DNA from: Psilocybe cubensis
Lineage: Eukaryota
NCBI GenBank assembly: GCA_017499595.2
Contig: CM039003.1
Coordinates: forward strand, 434,001-498,000
DNA: 64,000 bases
Direction: 5' to 3'
Shown here: piece by piece, positions 11,733-25,622 of the stretch
Layout of the letters: each line of letters starts with the position of its first letter
Numbering within the stretch: position 1 is the stretch's first letter
The notes under the pieces: generated by a model
What the model was told of the DNA's origin: nothing
Database searches by the model: none
The model's input: only the letters and a program-made list of their open reading frames with translations
Program-made: the position numbers and the translations under genes

Positions 11733-13409
11733 TTAGAGAACCGTCATGAATGGATTAAACAGCCCCGCATGATGCCTTTTTGAAAATTCAAGAATATCAA
11801 AGTCTCCCCGTTCCCCGATATTTCTCAGGCGTAGCGAAATGCCTGCTTTGGATATCTCCTCAAAACGCTGCGTTTCTAATTCGGAAATGAATGAATCGTG
11901 ATCCGGTAGGTCATCTTGATCATTGTAGTGTTCCACTGATAGCGAGAGTGATGTGCGCCTAAAGCATGCTTTGGAGTCGATATCAGATATCGGTTTGAAG
12001 ATATCTGCACAAAGGCCCCACAAGAATTTGGCTTCCTGTTGGGCAGGTTGGGGAGGAGTCGTGACAATCATGAGGCGAGTGAGTTTAGGCAAGAAGATCT
12101 CTGCACCTTCAATTTTAACATAGTCTGCGGAAGCATTGGATTTTGTAGCAGCAAGATGGCGTAAAAGGGAGAAAATTTCCTGCATAGATTGCGACTCCCG
12201 CTCTATATTTAGTTCCACTTCTTCCAGCAGAACTGAATGTTGGAGGAAAAGTAGAAGTCCACCGTCATTTGCGAAACGGCAGTCTAAGCATAAAGAAGTC
12301 AAAGACCAAGTTTTGGAATGTAATGCGACATCAATGAGAGAAGTGAAATCAAAGATATCATAGTAATGCTCAAACCGGAGATGCTGCAATGTAGGGAGGA
12401 AGAGCTTGGAAAATAGTGGGCTGTTACCGTTTGAATCCATGCAGTCAATTTTCAATGAATTCAACTTCTCGTGGGCGAAACGAGGGCAAGTTTCATCGTA
12501 AGAGTCTGGATCGAAATCGATGTCGGCAAGCTCGCAATTTTCGAGGCGAGGGGCGGATTTCAGAAGATCGAGGATGTCACCATGACTGAGTTGACTGAGT
12601 TGCACAATTACGAGATTTCTACGGTCTACCGCTTGCACAATGGATAAAGTTGAAGACAAAAGTCTGGGAGAAGGTTCTGTTCCATCAAGGCCAAAGAGAA
12701 TAGCAGGGGCCATGTCGTCTTCAATAATTCTAAGCCTATCGAGTATACCTGCACGACCGTTGCCTGTGAGTATGGCAAGAATGGCCCCGGTTACCTGAAT
12801 GTCTAGCCATTGCCAGCGGTGGGAATAACGGTTTATGAGGCTGGCGAACGGGATGAGAGACTGCGTCACAGCTCGTGCTGTTTCTCGAAAATCCGAGAGA
12901 TTTTCCTGGAGGGCATAAATGCTGATTGACAGTGGAAGCTGGCCCGACCTCCTCAGCCATTTTTCAGCAATATTCAAGCGTATCGGGGTTAATAATTCTG
13001 TAGCCGTAACGTCATAGCGAAGATGCATAACCGTCCATAGTCGGGGAGAAGACCACGCGAGACGCCGCCATGTTTTACAGACTGCTCCCAAGACCAGTGG
13101 CCAGCCCTGCTCTTCCCTTTTCAACTGATGTTGCTGCTCTACAGTGTACCATTCCCTGGAGAGCGTCATTTCAAGTATGTTGGTGGAAATCTCGGGGGGA
13201 AGACGGTGGATAAAGGGCTCGTGGTTACTGTTGATATCTGTACGAAGTTCTGCAAGCTTTGAAATCAAACTGATATGATTTGCGTCGTCTTTGGTGAGGG
13301 GAATTTTCTCCGAGAGCTCGACCCAATATTTGCAGGGAGGGCAAGGTAATCCATGTGCCCTTTTACACCGGCTATACGCAGCAAGTTCGTTGGATTCAGC
13401 GACCTCCAT
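11733..13409 (-). CDS. Agaricomycete F-box / LRR-like protein, 558 aa, intronless
   Basis: LPPEI...LGAVCKTWR..AWSSPRLWT F-box, WL.RSG.LPL motif, LxxLxL repeats. Confidence 0.88.
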   Translation of the reverse strand: MEVAESNELAAYSRCKRAHGLPCPPCKYWVELSEKIPLTKDDANHISLISKLAELRTDINSNHEPFIHRLPPEISTNILEMTLSREWYTVEQQHQLKREEQGWPLVLGAVCKTWRRLAWSSPRLWTVMHLRYDVTATELLTPIRLNIAEKWLRRSGQLPLSISIYALQENLSDFRETARAVTQSLIPFASLINRYSHRWQWLDIQVTGAILAILTGNGRAGILDRLRIIEDDMAPAILFGLDGTEPSPRLLSSTLSIVQAVDRRNLVIVQLSQLSHGDILDLLKSAPRLENCELADIDFDPDSYDETCPRFAHEKLNSLKIDCMDSNGNSPLFSKLFLPTLQHLRFEHYYDIFDFTSLIDVALHSKTWSLTSLCLDCRFANDGGLLLFLQHSVLLEEVELNIERESQSMQEIFSLLRHLAATKSNASADYVKIEGAEIFLPKLTRLMIVTTPPQPAQQEAKFLWGLCADIFKPISDIDSKACFRRTSLSLSVEHYNDQDDLPDHDSFISELETQRFEEISKAGISLRLRNIGERGDFDILEFSKRHHAGLFNPFMTVL

Positions 13410-15690
13410 AAGCGCTGAGACTCGAATTCAATAATCCTATAAATCGATGTATAACGACTGGTTGTTGGTTATTCACTGACAGTGACACTGCGACTCCGAG
13501 TAGTTGGGGTTGGAAAAGAGAAGAACGAGACACGTGGCCTGGATTGATTGAAGGTTTCGCGGTTACGTTCGAGAGCTGAAAATAGATTTTAGATATTTGA
13601 ATACTAATTAGTATGCCGCACTCGCATCGCTGGAACACTTGTACATGTAGAGCTTCACTAGTCACTATTAGGGAGTATTTTAGTAGTATAGCATAAGTAA
13701 ATTAGTTAGAGTAGTAAAATATTTTATTGGAGTCAAAAAATGAAACCCATCAGTGGTTAAGAATTACATCGCATTCAATTAATGACTGTACCGTTAAGTT
13801 ATGTTATAGAATAAATCAAGGAGACTAATAGAGTGCTCCTTTGAGGCCGTTATGGAGGTGATATTATGAATAACTCAGTTTCCAAAACTTCCGTGAAGCA
13901 CATGTTCGTCAAGGGTTTTCACCCTATCCGAGTTTATGCCAGCGCCCCTGACTGACTTTGTCATCATCCGGTTAGTAAAAGATTGAAGAAAATCGAATAT
14001 CATACAACAAAATCTACAAAGGTCGAACACACTAGAACAAACTTTGCTTCCTTGAGAAATCTTAACAATAATCCGTGTTGCGCTCCTGGTTGTGGCAGAA
14101 GTTAGGTTGAAAATTTCAGGTCAAAAATATACACAGAAGGTTGTTTTAATATACTTGTCTGAATGTTGCTGAGGTTTTTGTTAAATGTTTTATTGTTTGA
14201 CTCATTAAATGACGAGCGCTGAGCGGCAGGGAGCGGCAGTACATCGGATGTTCTAGCTTTATTTTCCTGGTAGTAAATGAATCTGTGGCGTTAGTGTGCT
14301 CCCAAAGTCCATATTATCACTAACTGTTGTCTACTGACACTATTCGGAGAGTCGAACGACGCCTAAATAATTTCTGGTGCTTCAGCACACTCCTGAGCTC
14401 CAAAAAGTGCGATAGAGTTACCCCAAACCCACGTATTCTTTCCGTGAACAAAGAACCCGGGCCGATAAACTGAAATATTGCACGAACATGAGGCCTTCTT
14501 CGGGTGGAACGGACAACAGGCGTGGCAATCTCTGGCAGTCTGTAGTATAATGAGTATGTAAGGTGGGAGATCGAGTAGTCAGTGCCAGGCCTCGAGGCCA
14601 TTTCAAACCGAACATGTAGCAAATGTTTGAGGTCTCATTGATCTCGCGGAGCAATTGAAAGAGCACTATAGGCTCACTCCACTTGCTTGGCACCAGTTGA
14701 CACTGGAGTTGACATTTCTAAATAACTTTCACTGCCTATCTGCCCATGGTCATAGAAAATTTTTGGGGGACGATTTTAGATTTTCTCTGACCTTTCGTGG
14801 CCGTTTCTTCGCAGACCGAGGAGAACATCATGCAGGCAGTTGAATGCGAGGAACAACGTGTAACCTCGAGGTTCGTCAAAAGATCAGCGCACCATATTCA
14901 ACGGGGCCCATAAAGGAGGATCAAATACTCGATTAAGGGTCGCAGTTCGTCGTACTTTATGTTCGTGCTTCTGACATACCGGACGTCCATTGAATTGAGA
15001 ATCAGGAGCTCCGTAGCTGGAGCCTTTTGTCAGGAGAAATGATCAACACCGAATGAGTCTGAATGAAGCAACCGACCTACGATATTTGGTTGTAAAGATC
15101 GGTACTTTTCGAAAACGGGGAAGACTCGATGTGTTACAACATGCGATCGCCGGATCGCCATCCATAAACTATATGGCAAAACGTGATTGGTTGCGCCGAA
15201 GACGTCAAGATCCTGATCATCGGGGAAACTCTGGTCGAGCACACCCTTAAATGTAGCTTAATTGCCCAAAATCAATGGAGCCCATGGTGGTAGGCCGATA
15301 ATAGACCTGTTCATATTGGCAAGATACCTTATCACATAAAAATACGTCACTGCGGAGGGGTGCGATTCGTTTCAGATCACAAAAATGAACAGGCGTTGAA
15401 AACTCAGCGATATTGGTGCGAACTTGATACACCATCTTGGCCACTCTGACCCATGGCATCCTTCCATTGGCGCTAATGTCAGTACAAAAAGAAGAATGCC
15501 TGAAAACTTACCTGATACGGTTTGGATTATTATATCGAGATCTATGCAACACATGGATTCAGCCAAATTTAAGGTGAACCTTTTATCTTGGAGTAGCCAC
15601 CATTTGAAATTTCAATTCTTAATTGGCGGAAAATATACACAAAAAACTCGACAAAACATGGAAAAGAGGAATAATGCAACGAACTGGGGG

Positions 15691-16537
15691 TTACTTCAAC
15701 AGCTCTTCAACGACCCTGTCGTCCGTTATTTGTGCAATATTTGGCCCGCGGTAGTTTAGGCGCCTTAGAGCGTCGATCTGATAAATGTGGCGGTTATTAA
15801 GATAGTTCACGATAGTATAATCACAGAAGTCATACCACTTTGCTTCTTTCGAATCCAAGAGTTTCAAACCGGTCGACATGTGCTCTCTCAAGCCCTGCGA
15901 TCGCAACTTCGTCTTGAACCCCCTTACCACCGACCCCTTTCCCTTTCTTTTCCTTCGGCCCTGGACCTCCAGCATAGATCTGAGTCCAGTATGTTGCAGT
16001 TTCTTCGAAGCTACTCTTGCTTGTCATATAATGTTTCGCCACTTCAGCATCTTGAGGATCATTGGGCTCAGGAGAGCACAGCAGACTTTGCAGAGAGATT
16101 AAAGTTGATTTGAGTGTCAAAACTGGCGACCAGGCATCCTTGAGGATATCAAGACAGATCGCGCCAGAAGCTGAGGATACATTGGGGTGATAGACCTTAG
16201 TGATGAATTTCATCTTCACAGGTTGGAACGGATACGAATCGGGGATGACAATATCCTGTGAAAATGGAACAAATAAAACATTTAGCACGACCATGGGCTA
16301 GATAGAGCCTAAAAGCCCTTGCTTACGACTTCAAAAAGACCACCTTCGTATGGAGTCCCTTCCGGTCCTGGAAAAGATCCCTTCAGGTGAAAAGGAGATT
16401 CGTCAAACAGTTCAATCTTGATCTGAGAAGTTTTGTCATTCTTGCAATCTTGGATGTCTGTTAGGTTTTGCTACTTTAATTTATACATGATTCATACCAG
16501 ATATCTCTTTGTTTACTCTTCTGAGCCTAGCGTCCAT
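15691..16537 (-). CDS. UBC1: Ubiquitin-conjugating enzyme E2 with C-terminal UBA domain (Ubc1/UBE2K type)
   Basis: MDARLRRVNKEI..., GPEGTPYEGG, YPFQP..MKFITKVYHPNVSSASGAICLDILKDAWSP, PQDAEVA, UBA-like tail VDRFETLGF...VVEELLK. Confidence 0.93.
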
Positions 16538-18618
16538 GGCTTTGACAATAAAGGAGGTCGAGGTATATGTTACACGCAACGACAATGATAGTTGGGAGGA
16601 GATGAACAGTAGCAGCCTCTGGAAGGGCTCTGAATCGATTACGTAATGCTCTCAAGGCAACTCGGCTTGAGGCACATGATCCTGAGGATATTTAGGCGTC
16701 TCGCCAATCGGGGTACGTCCATCATCATCCAAGAAGAAATCCCACGTATCGGTTATGAACGGCTATCAACATTAAGTATAATAATAATCAAACGATAACA
16801 GAGATTCTTGAGTATCTAGTGCAAAAGAGAGTGCTGGCTTTCAAAATTTTGAGAAATAATGCATCGACCCATAGTGAATGCTTCTTGATTGATTAGTCTG
16901 AAGCAAAACAACGACGACTTCTCAGTAAGAAATTGATAGAGATAGAAGAAAATACCCACTTTACAACCAGCATCAAGGTAAATTTTTTCAAAAGCTATCG
17001 AGGTCCAAGGCTCAAACACACAACGTAACTTTAAATCAAGTATATCGAAACTGCTGTTCAACCTGCCATTTGAGTCTTAAAGTTAGCTTGAAGCATATAA
17101 TGTACTACCTACGGTATTGCAATTACAGAAATTCGCCAAAGAGTCATATTCACTAATGGAAGCATATAGACAATCTCGCTTAACGAAGAGATCACTCTAG
17201 ATGAGTAATAGCCCAATGTAACCTTCTCACGGGGAGCACGAGATTTAGAAAGAAGCAACAACAGAGAAAGGTGCGTCGCTGAGTGCGAAACAAAGCATAG
17301 ATTCTACTGTCTTCTCGACCCTCACAACTGCTATTTAGGCTATGAACGAAGGTCGCGTTATAAAGGCTGTAAAACAACCGAATAATCGCCATTTCCTTTG
17401 TGCATAGCCTATAGCAGTGTGAGAGACTGAAACAGATTGAACCTGCTTTGGTATGAGGAAGAGAGGTTCAATTGCTTTGGTCTCCATTGCTATCGAAAAC
17501 CGACGCATTTATACAATTTCTCAATTCCCTGGTAGCCCCATTTATCCTCGATGTAAAGTTCAGCCAAGGGACCGACAAACGCCCGTCTACCAAACTTCTG
17601 ACCACGTTATTCCTAAACCAGTGGCAAAGCTTGAGATTTGGAATATCAATATAAAATGTCGAGTGGAATCATGCGCGGTGTCATTATTTACGCAAAGATA
17701 CTAGTATCGTAAGGGCGAAGCTGCATTCTGAGTCGGCCGGAGCATGCGCATCTAGAGACGAAGGTCTTTTGGTATACTCGATATAGAGATTTCGAGAACT
17801 TTTTTGAAAGGTCCAGCACAAAGAAGAGGGCCCGGCGCCATTCGAGAAAATTATTACCCCCGCTTTGTTCGAAGGGATGCTGTCAAGTCACCGGACACAG
17901 GACTATATAAATCATCACAGCAACGTCTTCGCCGCAGTTAGGTTGCGAGTAAGCTGAACAGGTTTTTAATAACTGCACGGAACGCCAGTTGGGCAAAGTT
18001 TAATCTCTTTCTTTAATCAGAAAAAACGCTTTGCGGGATCGTCGCCCAGTGACTGAATGCGTTAAACTGAGGATCAATCAGAGAATAGAAAGGTGGATGT
18101 TAGGAAGATGTTCACTTCAGTAGTGCTGGCAATGAAAAAACAGCGCTGAGTGGCGTCTCATCTGGAAAACATGCGGTGTAAACGTGTGCAGTGAAACGGG
18201 AATGGTGAATTATTACTGAAGACTTGGTAAAGTGGACAAAAACCTCACGGTGGCGGACCCGGTGAACGGAAACGATGTATAATAGAATAAAGGGAAAGGT
18301 CAGGAAAAGAGCCATTTGTCGGACGAGTCAGGGCCCCGCCTCCGTGTCCTAATCTTCCCCACACATTGAAAACCGGTATATTATGTTGCATTTGAAGTAA
18401 CCAGTACTCAGGAAAAGAAGAGAAGCCACAAAGAAGTGTACTCATAAAGGGGGAGTGTGTCAAATTCTATGGCCTTTCTGCGGTGACATTGAGCAGCCAG
18501 TTCTTTTTTTAACCAGCGCTTGAAAAAGTACATAACCATACTGTAAGGAATTAACACGTTACTTGGAATAATTTCAGATCTGAAATCCAACCAATAGCAA
18601 GGTGAAATAAAATTCTTG

Positions 18619-19263
18619 CTAATGAGTGGAAGCGTCCAACTCGGGCTTCATATTGTCGACCGCGGCCACCACAAGTGCCGAAACACGACCTTTAACTGGC
18701 TGAGAGAGCTCACGACCTGGATAATCCCGTAAGTCGATCCACATGCGAACGTACTCCACAGGTCCTTTGTAGAAGATCTTGCCAAACCGTCGAAGACCTC
18801 GTTTCTCATACCACAATGCACTCGATGTTCGTGCGTCGCACCACGCTATCGTGGCATCCAGCTCAGATCGGGCGATCGATAAGGCGTATGCGAGGAGTTG
18901 GGTCCCAAGTCCTTTGCCCTGATAACGCGGGGCACACGCGAATTTCCGGAAGCGCACCACGATTCGTGGGCGTTTGGAATCGATGGCGTCATCTGCCGAA
19001 TGTCCATAAGTCATTCTCTGCTGCACCTGCTGTTGCTCCTGCTCGTGTGCAGACGGTGGCACGTCCGATGTAATGTTCTTATCGATCGGCAGTTCTTCGA
19101 CGAAGAGCGAGATGACGGCAATAGGTTCGTCAGAGTGAGGTAACAGGGCGCCGAAGTGCTTCCCTGAGCTATCCTCGGGAAGACACACTTGCGACAAAGG
19201 CATGTCAGGCCACAACACCGAATGACGAAGCCCAAGTGTCTGTTCTACAGATATCTTGCCCAT
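18619..19263 (-). CDS. GNAT family N-acetyltransferase
   Basis: LRHSVLWP, RFRKFAC.P.YQGKGLGTQLL acetyl-CoA motif A, WCDAR, WYEKRG; start uncertain because the frame is open to 19344. Confidence 0.85.
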   Translation of the reverse strand: MGKISVEQTLGLRHSVLWPDMPLSQVCLPEDSSGKHFGALLPHSDEPIAVISLFVEELPIDKNITSDVPPSAHEQEQQQVQQRMTYGHSADDAIDSKRPRIVVRFRKFACAPRYQGKGLGTQLLAYALSIARSELDATIAWCDARTSSALWYEKRGLRRFGKIFYKGPVEYVRMWIDLRDYPGRELSQPVKGRVSALVVAAVDNMKPELDASTH

Positions 19264-20243
19264 ACGGACCGGTTGTTCTGGATGTTGATTTGGCTTTTGG
19301 TTCAGCCGGAAAATTTCGAATGAATACGTTGACGGTACCTTCAACGATAAAAACGGACATGTCCTTTAGACTGGTGCTGGACAAGCTTGCTTGCGCAATG
19401 TTGATTGGGAGGAATGCTTAATCTAGTGAATTATTTGCGGTTGTGTACGCAATCACTCGGATCGCCGCATTGTTCAGCGGAACGCCTACCGGCACGGTCG
19501 AGGCAAGCGAGGTATTTTGGTTGCTTCCTGGAGTGCCTTTTTCAATGATTCAAGTGGACCAGCTATTTCTTGTTAGCCAAGATAAGACAGTGGAGATACT
19601 ACCGAGACCTACCGGTACCATATCGCATCTGCAGAGCAAAACATCCCAGACTGGGTTAAATGCGAACCGCAGAAACTTTGTCAGGACTCACCAATAGCTT
19701 CCTTACGCCTGGGTAGATAGATGCGATAGCATGCTGTATAACGTCCTTGATTTCAAATTCATGACGGGGAACTCACTCAGGTCTGCGTCGGAGAAGATAA
19801 AAGCTGACAGTGGCAATTGCCTATTTGTCAGAATAGATATAGAACGTGAAATCCAGAACTGTAATCAGCATGGTTTAGGGAACGAGGCTGAGGCGTAAAT
19901 AGCGCATGATGGGATCTCGATCATCCCCTATCTATTGTCGTATGTTGATGATATTAGAGGATCTTCATGTTGAGAACCAAAGACAAGAAATGATTCGCGC
20001 CGTTATCACTGTCATTGTGATCAAGGTTAAACCAAGAACATAGTGGGCGATAGTCTGGAACAGCATATTCAGCAAAGCGTAGATGGTGAAGGTATACCAT
20101 GGGGGGAAATGATATGTCAGAACCAAGAAGAAGAAAAAAGTATGATATTCAGAACAAATTTAACTTCGTCAATGATCGACAAGTGGGGAGAACCAAGGAT
20201 ATAGAAAAGATGAAAATACGCGCAACAATGCCCCTGTAATGGC

Positions 20244-21949
20244 TTAACGTTCCACAGACATTGATGCCAAATATTCAGAGAGCTACGACAAAGGCGGTTG
20301 GTCAGATGGTTGGTTCAGCCAAAATCAACAAATCAATTGGCCTCACCTTGAGAGCTCCTGTACGAATACTTTCCCCGACGTTTTGAACATCGGGGTTGGC
20401 CATGACTCTGGATATAGCCTCTTTCGCAGCATTTTCCAGCCCGGCCAAACTACCGTCGCCCAGCAAGCCACCGTCGTTTCCTCGCTCGTAGCCCAATTCC
20501 TCGTCTTCCTCACGTCCAAAGTATTGATTAGAAGAGATTGACGTCGCGCCTTGGAAAGACTGAAGTCGGGTCTGTGCCTCACGCGTGCTGTTCGCGTCAT
20601 AATCTCCCCTCTCAAAGTACATATCCGAAGAGATAGCCTTCTGATTACCAAATTTCTCGCGGGCAGTTGTGGGTGCATCATCTACAACGGGAGTGCTAAT
20701 GCGATCGAAACAACGACATTAGACAACTAGAACCCTGATTGAGAAAAAATCGCGTACCTTCTTGTAGATGAAGCGGCTGCCGCGGCAACAGCAGCAGCAG
20801 CACCCGCGCCGGGGACGGCCCCAAAGCCAAGTCTGGGGAACGCGGCAGTCTTCTGCGGGTCTGGGACTGCACCAAATTTGCGGGCGGCCCCATTTCCAGG
20901 CGCCGCAGCTGCCATGGTAGCTCTCGATCCGATCTCCCTAGATAGTCTTAAAGCCTCTGCCTCCTGTCTGGCCTTTTCCTCGGCTGCCTCTCGCTCGCGA
21001 TCGTACCCAAGCTGCTTGATCCTCTCTGCCTCCTCCAATGCTTTTCGCTCGGCTTCTGCAAAGTCGACAGGCTTAGCTTTAGATGCACCTAAACCGAGCT
21101 TAGATTTTTTGACTGCAGGTGCCGCTGATCCTGTTGATGAAGCAGAGTTCAATCGCGAGGTTCCAGCTCCGAGGCGAGCGGGTCGAGCAGCTGCAGAAGA
21201 CGTGAGGGTACGAGGGGTCGTTGCAGCGGACGGAGAGGTAGCTGATACAGGGCTGGCTACGCTGCTACTGGCTGAGCTTGCAGAGGGTGTTTTGCCAATG
21301 ATAGGTGGCGTCGATATACGGGGAGTGCTGGGATTCGACGTTTTGGGAGTTGTGGGCTTAGACCAGGAATTGAAGAAATCGTCCTCGGTCTCCTCCTTAG
21401 GAGGTGCGACGGATGGTGCGTCCATGCCTTCGACAAAGATACCAGTGGGATAACTGTACACAAGTTAATCCGATGATCGCATGTTGATATCGTAACAACT
21501 CACAGAGAGATGTCCTCCTTCACGCGACGGGCCAGCTCCTCCTTGTACAACTCAGCAACCCTACTGGAATACTTCTTCTTCGTGTCAGAGTTATCCAACA
21601 ACGTCGATCCACCGTGCTTGACAAAGAAGTCCCTGGCAGATCCGTTACCGCCGACCTTCATAGTGCGCAGCTGGCCTAACTGCCAGCTATCGAGATTCGT
21701 AGATCGAACAAAGCTAATGTGCACGCCCATGTTTCTGTGCACGCTGGAACACTCCAGGCAGATGTAGACACCGAAAGTAACGCTGGACCATGTCGGATTC
21801 CGTGCATTGCAGTCGAAACATGACTGGTGTGCCGCGTTGTCAGACAACACTCCGAAATGCCTTAAATGCAATGTACTCACCTTGTTCGCCTTTTGGGCCT
21901 TCAATACTTTGAAAACTTGTTCGGTTTCTTGCTTGGTTGGCTCCGCCAT
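20244..21949 (-). CDS. GLO3: ADP-ribosylation factor GTPase-activating protein, Glo3/ArfGAP2-3 type
   Basis: [42 protein letters not shown] zinc finger; KKSKLGLGA; Glo3 repeats KAISSDMYF and [11 protein letters not shown]. Confidence 0.92.
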
Positions 21950-22680
21950 AGTGGTCGTAAAACAAGATGTGTACAACGGAAATTGGTGTCGTGGCCGCTT
22001 GTCACGGCGTGATCTGGAGAATTGGCCGGTAAAGGTAACACCGGCTCAAAAGCGGATTATTGATTTTCATCGTCAAATCGCCTCTACATGCCTCTCTTTT
22101 AACTCTGGAATATTAGAACCGAGTCAGCTATAAACTAAGAGGGTATCTAACTTTAATAATTAGATGCTTTCAAGTTGAAGGTGGTGATCATCGATCCCAA
22201 TAATGGCTTCTGCCAGGAGTCTGAATGAATACTGTCACTTCCCACTGGCGACGGCTCCTACACGGTTCCAACGGATTTTAGAGATAAATTATGCTGTATG
22301 GGTGGTTTTTGTACGAGATATCTGTACTATATACTGTCTGTTCCAGACCATCTTACCCACAGATTTAGAACCAAGACCTAAGAGTGACCTGTTCGTATAG
22401 ATGAATTTCGAGATATCTATTAGGGTTATACTAGCAGAAGTTGACGACATAATACAGATTACCTGGGTAATATCATAGTCGGCATCTGATTCGTTGACTT
22501 TAGAAATAACTGTTTGATGTTAATTATTGGATACAAGTTGAATCGTTGACAGATTCAGCGATAATGATACAGATTTTCAAGGTAAAATTGGTTGGCCCTA
22601 ATCACAGATATCATTGAATTCATGTTCAAGAGTGACATGATATACCGTGTCACTCACTTTCGAAAGATGCAAGCCAAACA

Positions 22681-23863
22681 TTAGACTAGGCACCAGGTGT
22701 TGCTAAGTTGTGGGTACTGTCGTGATTGAGCCATGTAATCCCACTGGTTTATGCTGTCGTGATGTGTCCATGTGTATTTGCTGTTGACTATCCAAAACAC
22801 GACCATCTTGATGGTTGGAACATATGTTCGGAGTTCAGATGCAAGCGCACGTTGTCCGGCTGATGTCGTCGGTCGCTCGAGCCAGCGACCAACGTCCACT
22901 TCGATGATCTCTAGACGAGGCATTCTCATGAGATATTGATGGAATTCATATCGCTTGCAAGTGAAGCCGTCAGGTACGTAGTATATGCACTTGTCTGTGG
23001 AAATTGGACTCACTCTGAGCGCGGGGTACGCGAACAAGCCGACATGAATCAAGTTGGGAAGATACCGTGATATGATATCTAGGGCAGAAAGGGCGGCATC
23101 ATCCGAGATATCCAAGAGACTGAGCCCTCGAAGAGTTTTGCGAAGTCCACCTAGGCGGGGAAGCAGAGATAAAGCCGGCCCAGCGTCACAGTCAACGACG
23201 AGCTGGATATGGGTAAGTTGGCAGTGCATAACCTGCATGCCGATGCTGAGGCTTCCATCAAAGACGCGCAGCTCAGGAAGACTCTGCGGTTGAAGCACAT
23301 GCTGGGAGTCGTCAAAGTAGTAAAAGTGTATATTGCGCAAACTGTTCTGTGTTTCTAAAAACCGAACGATGGGTTCATCCCAGGTGAACCGTAGTTTTAC
23401 CTCTTGAAGTTGAAAATTGATATTTGGAGAATCTAGAATCCAGCTGTTCTGGTAGCTAGAGTCAGAGATGAGAAGAACTTCCAGATTGGACATCGCGATC
23501 AAAGCCCTTTGGACGGATTCCCAGAATGGCCTGCCGAGATTTGTATCTTGAAGCCTGCGAGGAGGGAATTCTTGGTTAAAGCAGAAGCTCTTGACATACT
23601 GGGCTAGCCGTTCGTTGGAACCGAGGGTTTCGCAGGCGATCAGGGCCTGAGCCGGCTCTGCGAGAATTACTTCTGTGTAAATCTTGACCTCGGCGTCTCG
23701 CTGAAATGCCTTGCATGTAGCACAAAGTGACAGGAGGTCTCGACGCCTGTGTGCAGAAAGGGCAACAATTCTGGAACAGATCTCTGGAGACAAAGCCAAC
23801 GTATCTGTCGCGATGAGATCAGTAACAGGTTTCAAAGGAATAATATCAATGCTACGCACGCAT
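22681..23863 (-). CDS. Hypothetical F-box-like / RNI-like protein
   Basis: Probable ATG at 23863 plus short intron gives MHTLALSPEICSRIV; DLLSLCATCKAFQ..AE..IY divergent F-box, LRR-like segments; one internal in-frame intron likely near 22955-23012. Confidence 0.7.
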
Positions 23864-24095
23864 CTTGCACCAGGTTGCCTATTTCCTTGTAAATTCGTGA
23901 TAGATTGTTAGCAGATTACGCGCCTGAATACCCTGATACGCGTGGATCGTGATGGAACTGAACAAGTAGTTGCAAGTTGATTCAATTAGTAAACGAAATT
24001 AGGCGAACCCTAAACTATGGTTCCACATTGTGGCACGCGGCTAGCTGGCGCAACTTGAACTTGCTTTTTTCGCCCCTTTCTTTCTGTCAGCGACG

Positions 24096-25202
24096 ATGAC
24101 GGCTGTATCAAGAACGGATCTCCTCAACTGGCTCAATGAGCTCCTCCAGATAAGCTACTCGAAGATCGAGCAATGTGGCACTGGCGGCGCCTATTGTCAA
24201 ATTCTTGACTCAATCTACGGTCAGTTCATCCAATCGCATCCGTTTCTGCACTTGCTCAAACATGAATTTCATTCTCATCGTCATGGATTCGATACAACCT
24301 CAGGCGATATACCGATGAATCGGGTGAAGATGAACGCGAAGCACGAGTACGAATATGTCGCGAATTACAAAATCATGCAAACCGCTTTCAAGGCTAAGAA
24401 GATCGACAAGGTGTGCTCGACATTTTCAATTTCGCCTGATTTTTGCGGGTGGTGACCATAGAATTGCAATGTAGCCTATACCCGTGGAGAAGCTAGTCAA
24501 ATGCAAAATGCAGTGCGCGATCTTGTTTTTTACATATGTCACCCTCATATCGTTGACAATCAGTACCTTCATAGGGACAACCTCGAGTTCCTACAATGGA
24601 TGAAGCGGTTCTGGGACGCTAACTACGGAGGTCAGGGTTACGACGCGGTCGCCCGACGAAAAGGCGCGCCTATGGAAGGTCCCGCTACCGTGGCCCCACT
24701 CAACACATCCCGAGCGACGCCTGCTGTCGGATTGGGCGTCGGTGCTCGAACAGGCGGGCGAACGCCCATCGGTGGGCATCGTTCCGGATCGGCGCTGTCG
24801 AACGAGGCCGTGCAACATCTTCAAGAGCAGGTGAAGGAGCTTTCCTCGCACCTTGAGGGGCTCGAAAAAGAGCGCGATTTCTACTTTGAGAAGGTGAATG
24901 CATTTTTTATTAGTTACGTTAAGCTCAATTTCTAATATTCTCAAAAGCTACGTGACATCGAGATTCTGGTACAGGCTCAGATGGAAACTTTGGAAAGTGA
25001 AGGGAAGGAAGACAGCACTTTGAAAGAGATTCAGAAAATTCTGTATTCGACGGAGGTTAGTTTAACTTTCTATATTTTCTTGCAGATGGGTTTCTGATAT
25101 TTACTATCCTAACCCGATTTCTCTCTCTATCTCTACGATTTTCAGGAAGGATTTGAAGTTCCCGATGCCGGTGCCCCTGTCGATGAAGAAGAAACCTTCT
25201 AG
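24096..25202 (+). CDS. BIM1: Microtubule plus-end tracking protein EB1/Bim1/Mal3
   Basis: SR.DLL.WLN..L, KIEQCGTGGAYCQI CH domain, DNLEFLQW.KRFWD, GLEKERDFYFEKLRDIE EBH domain, C-terminal EEETF. Confidence 0.95.
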
Positions 25203-25622
25203 GTCGATTACCACATCAGTTATGCCTACGTTTTTCTGGACTCAGTATCATACCCGCCCTAACGCAGAACTGTTATTTTTTGCTGTGCTCTTATAATTTG
25301 CCCATTTCACTTTCTTTGAACTGTTCAAAATTTTCGTAGTCCTTATTCGTTTAGTTTAGATCACGTGATCGATTATACATAACACGCTTGCTTCAGCTTC
25401 ACAAGTCTTCACAAGCGTTCAGAAAGAGAAGCGAGTTTCAACATCTTCATTCTCGTTCGCATCTATTTTTCTCAGTACAATGATATACAAAAAGTGAGGT
25501 AATACATCAGGATTACGAGGATGGTAGTGAACAATTTGATCTACAGTATTTATCATAAATTGTGTCAGTGGTGGTTAGATATCTTGAATAATGTAATTAG
25601 TTTGAGAAAAATTGAGAAAAAT

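Noticed and set aside
14300-15680. Cluster of 60-110 aa ORFs on both strands
   Set aside because: No recognisable motif or consistent exon chain; could be a decayed gene but cannot be supported.
16600-18600. Short ORFs between UBC1 and the GNAT gene
   Set aside because: No motifs or coherent splice model; treated as intergenic.
20878-21453. 191-aa + strand ORF
   Set aside because: Antisense shadow of the GC-rich, low-complexity GLO3 exon.
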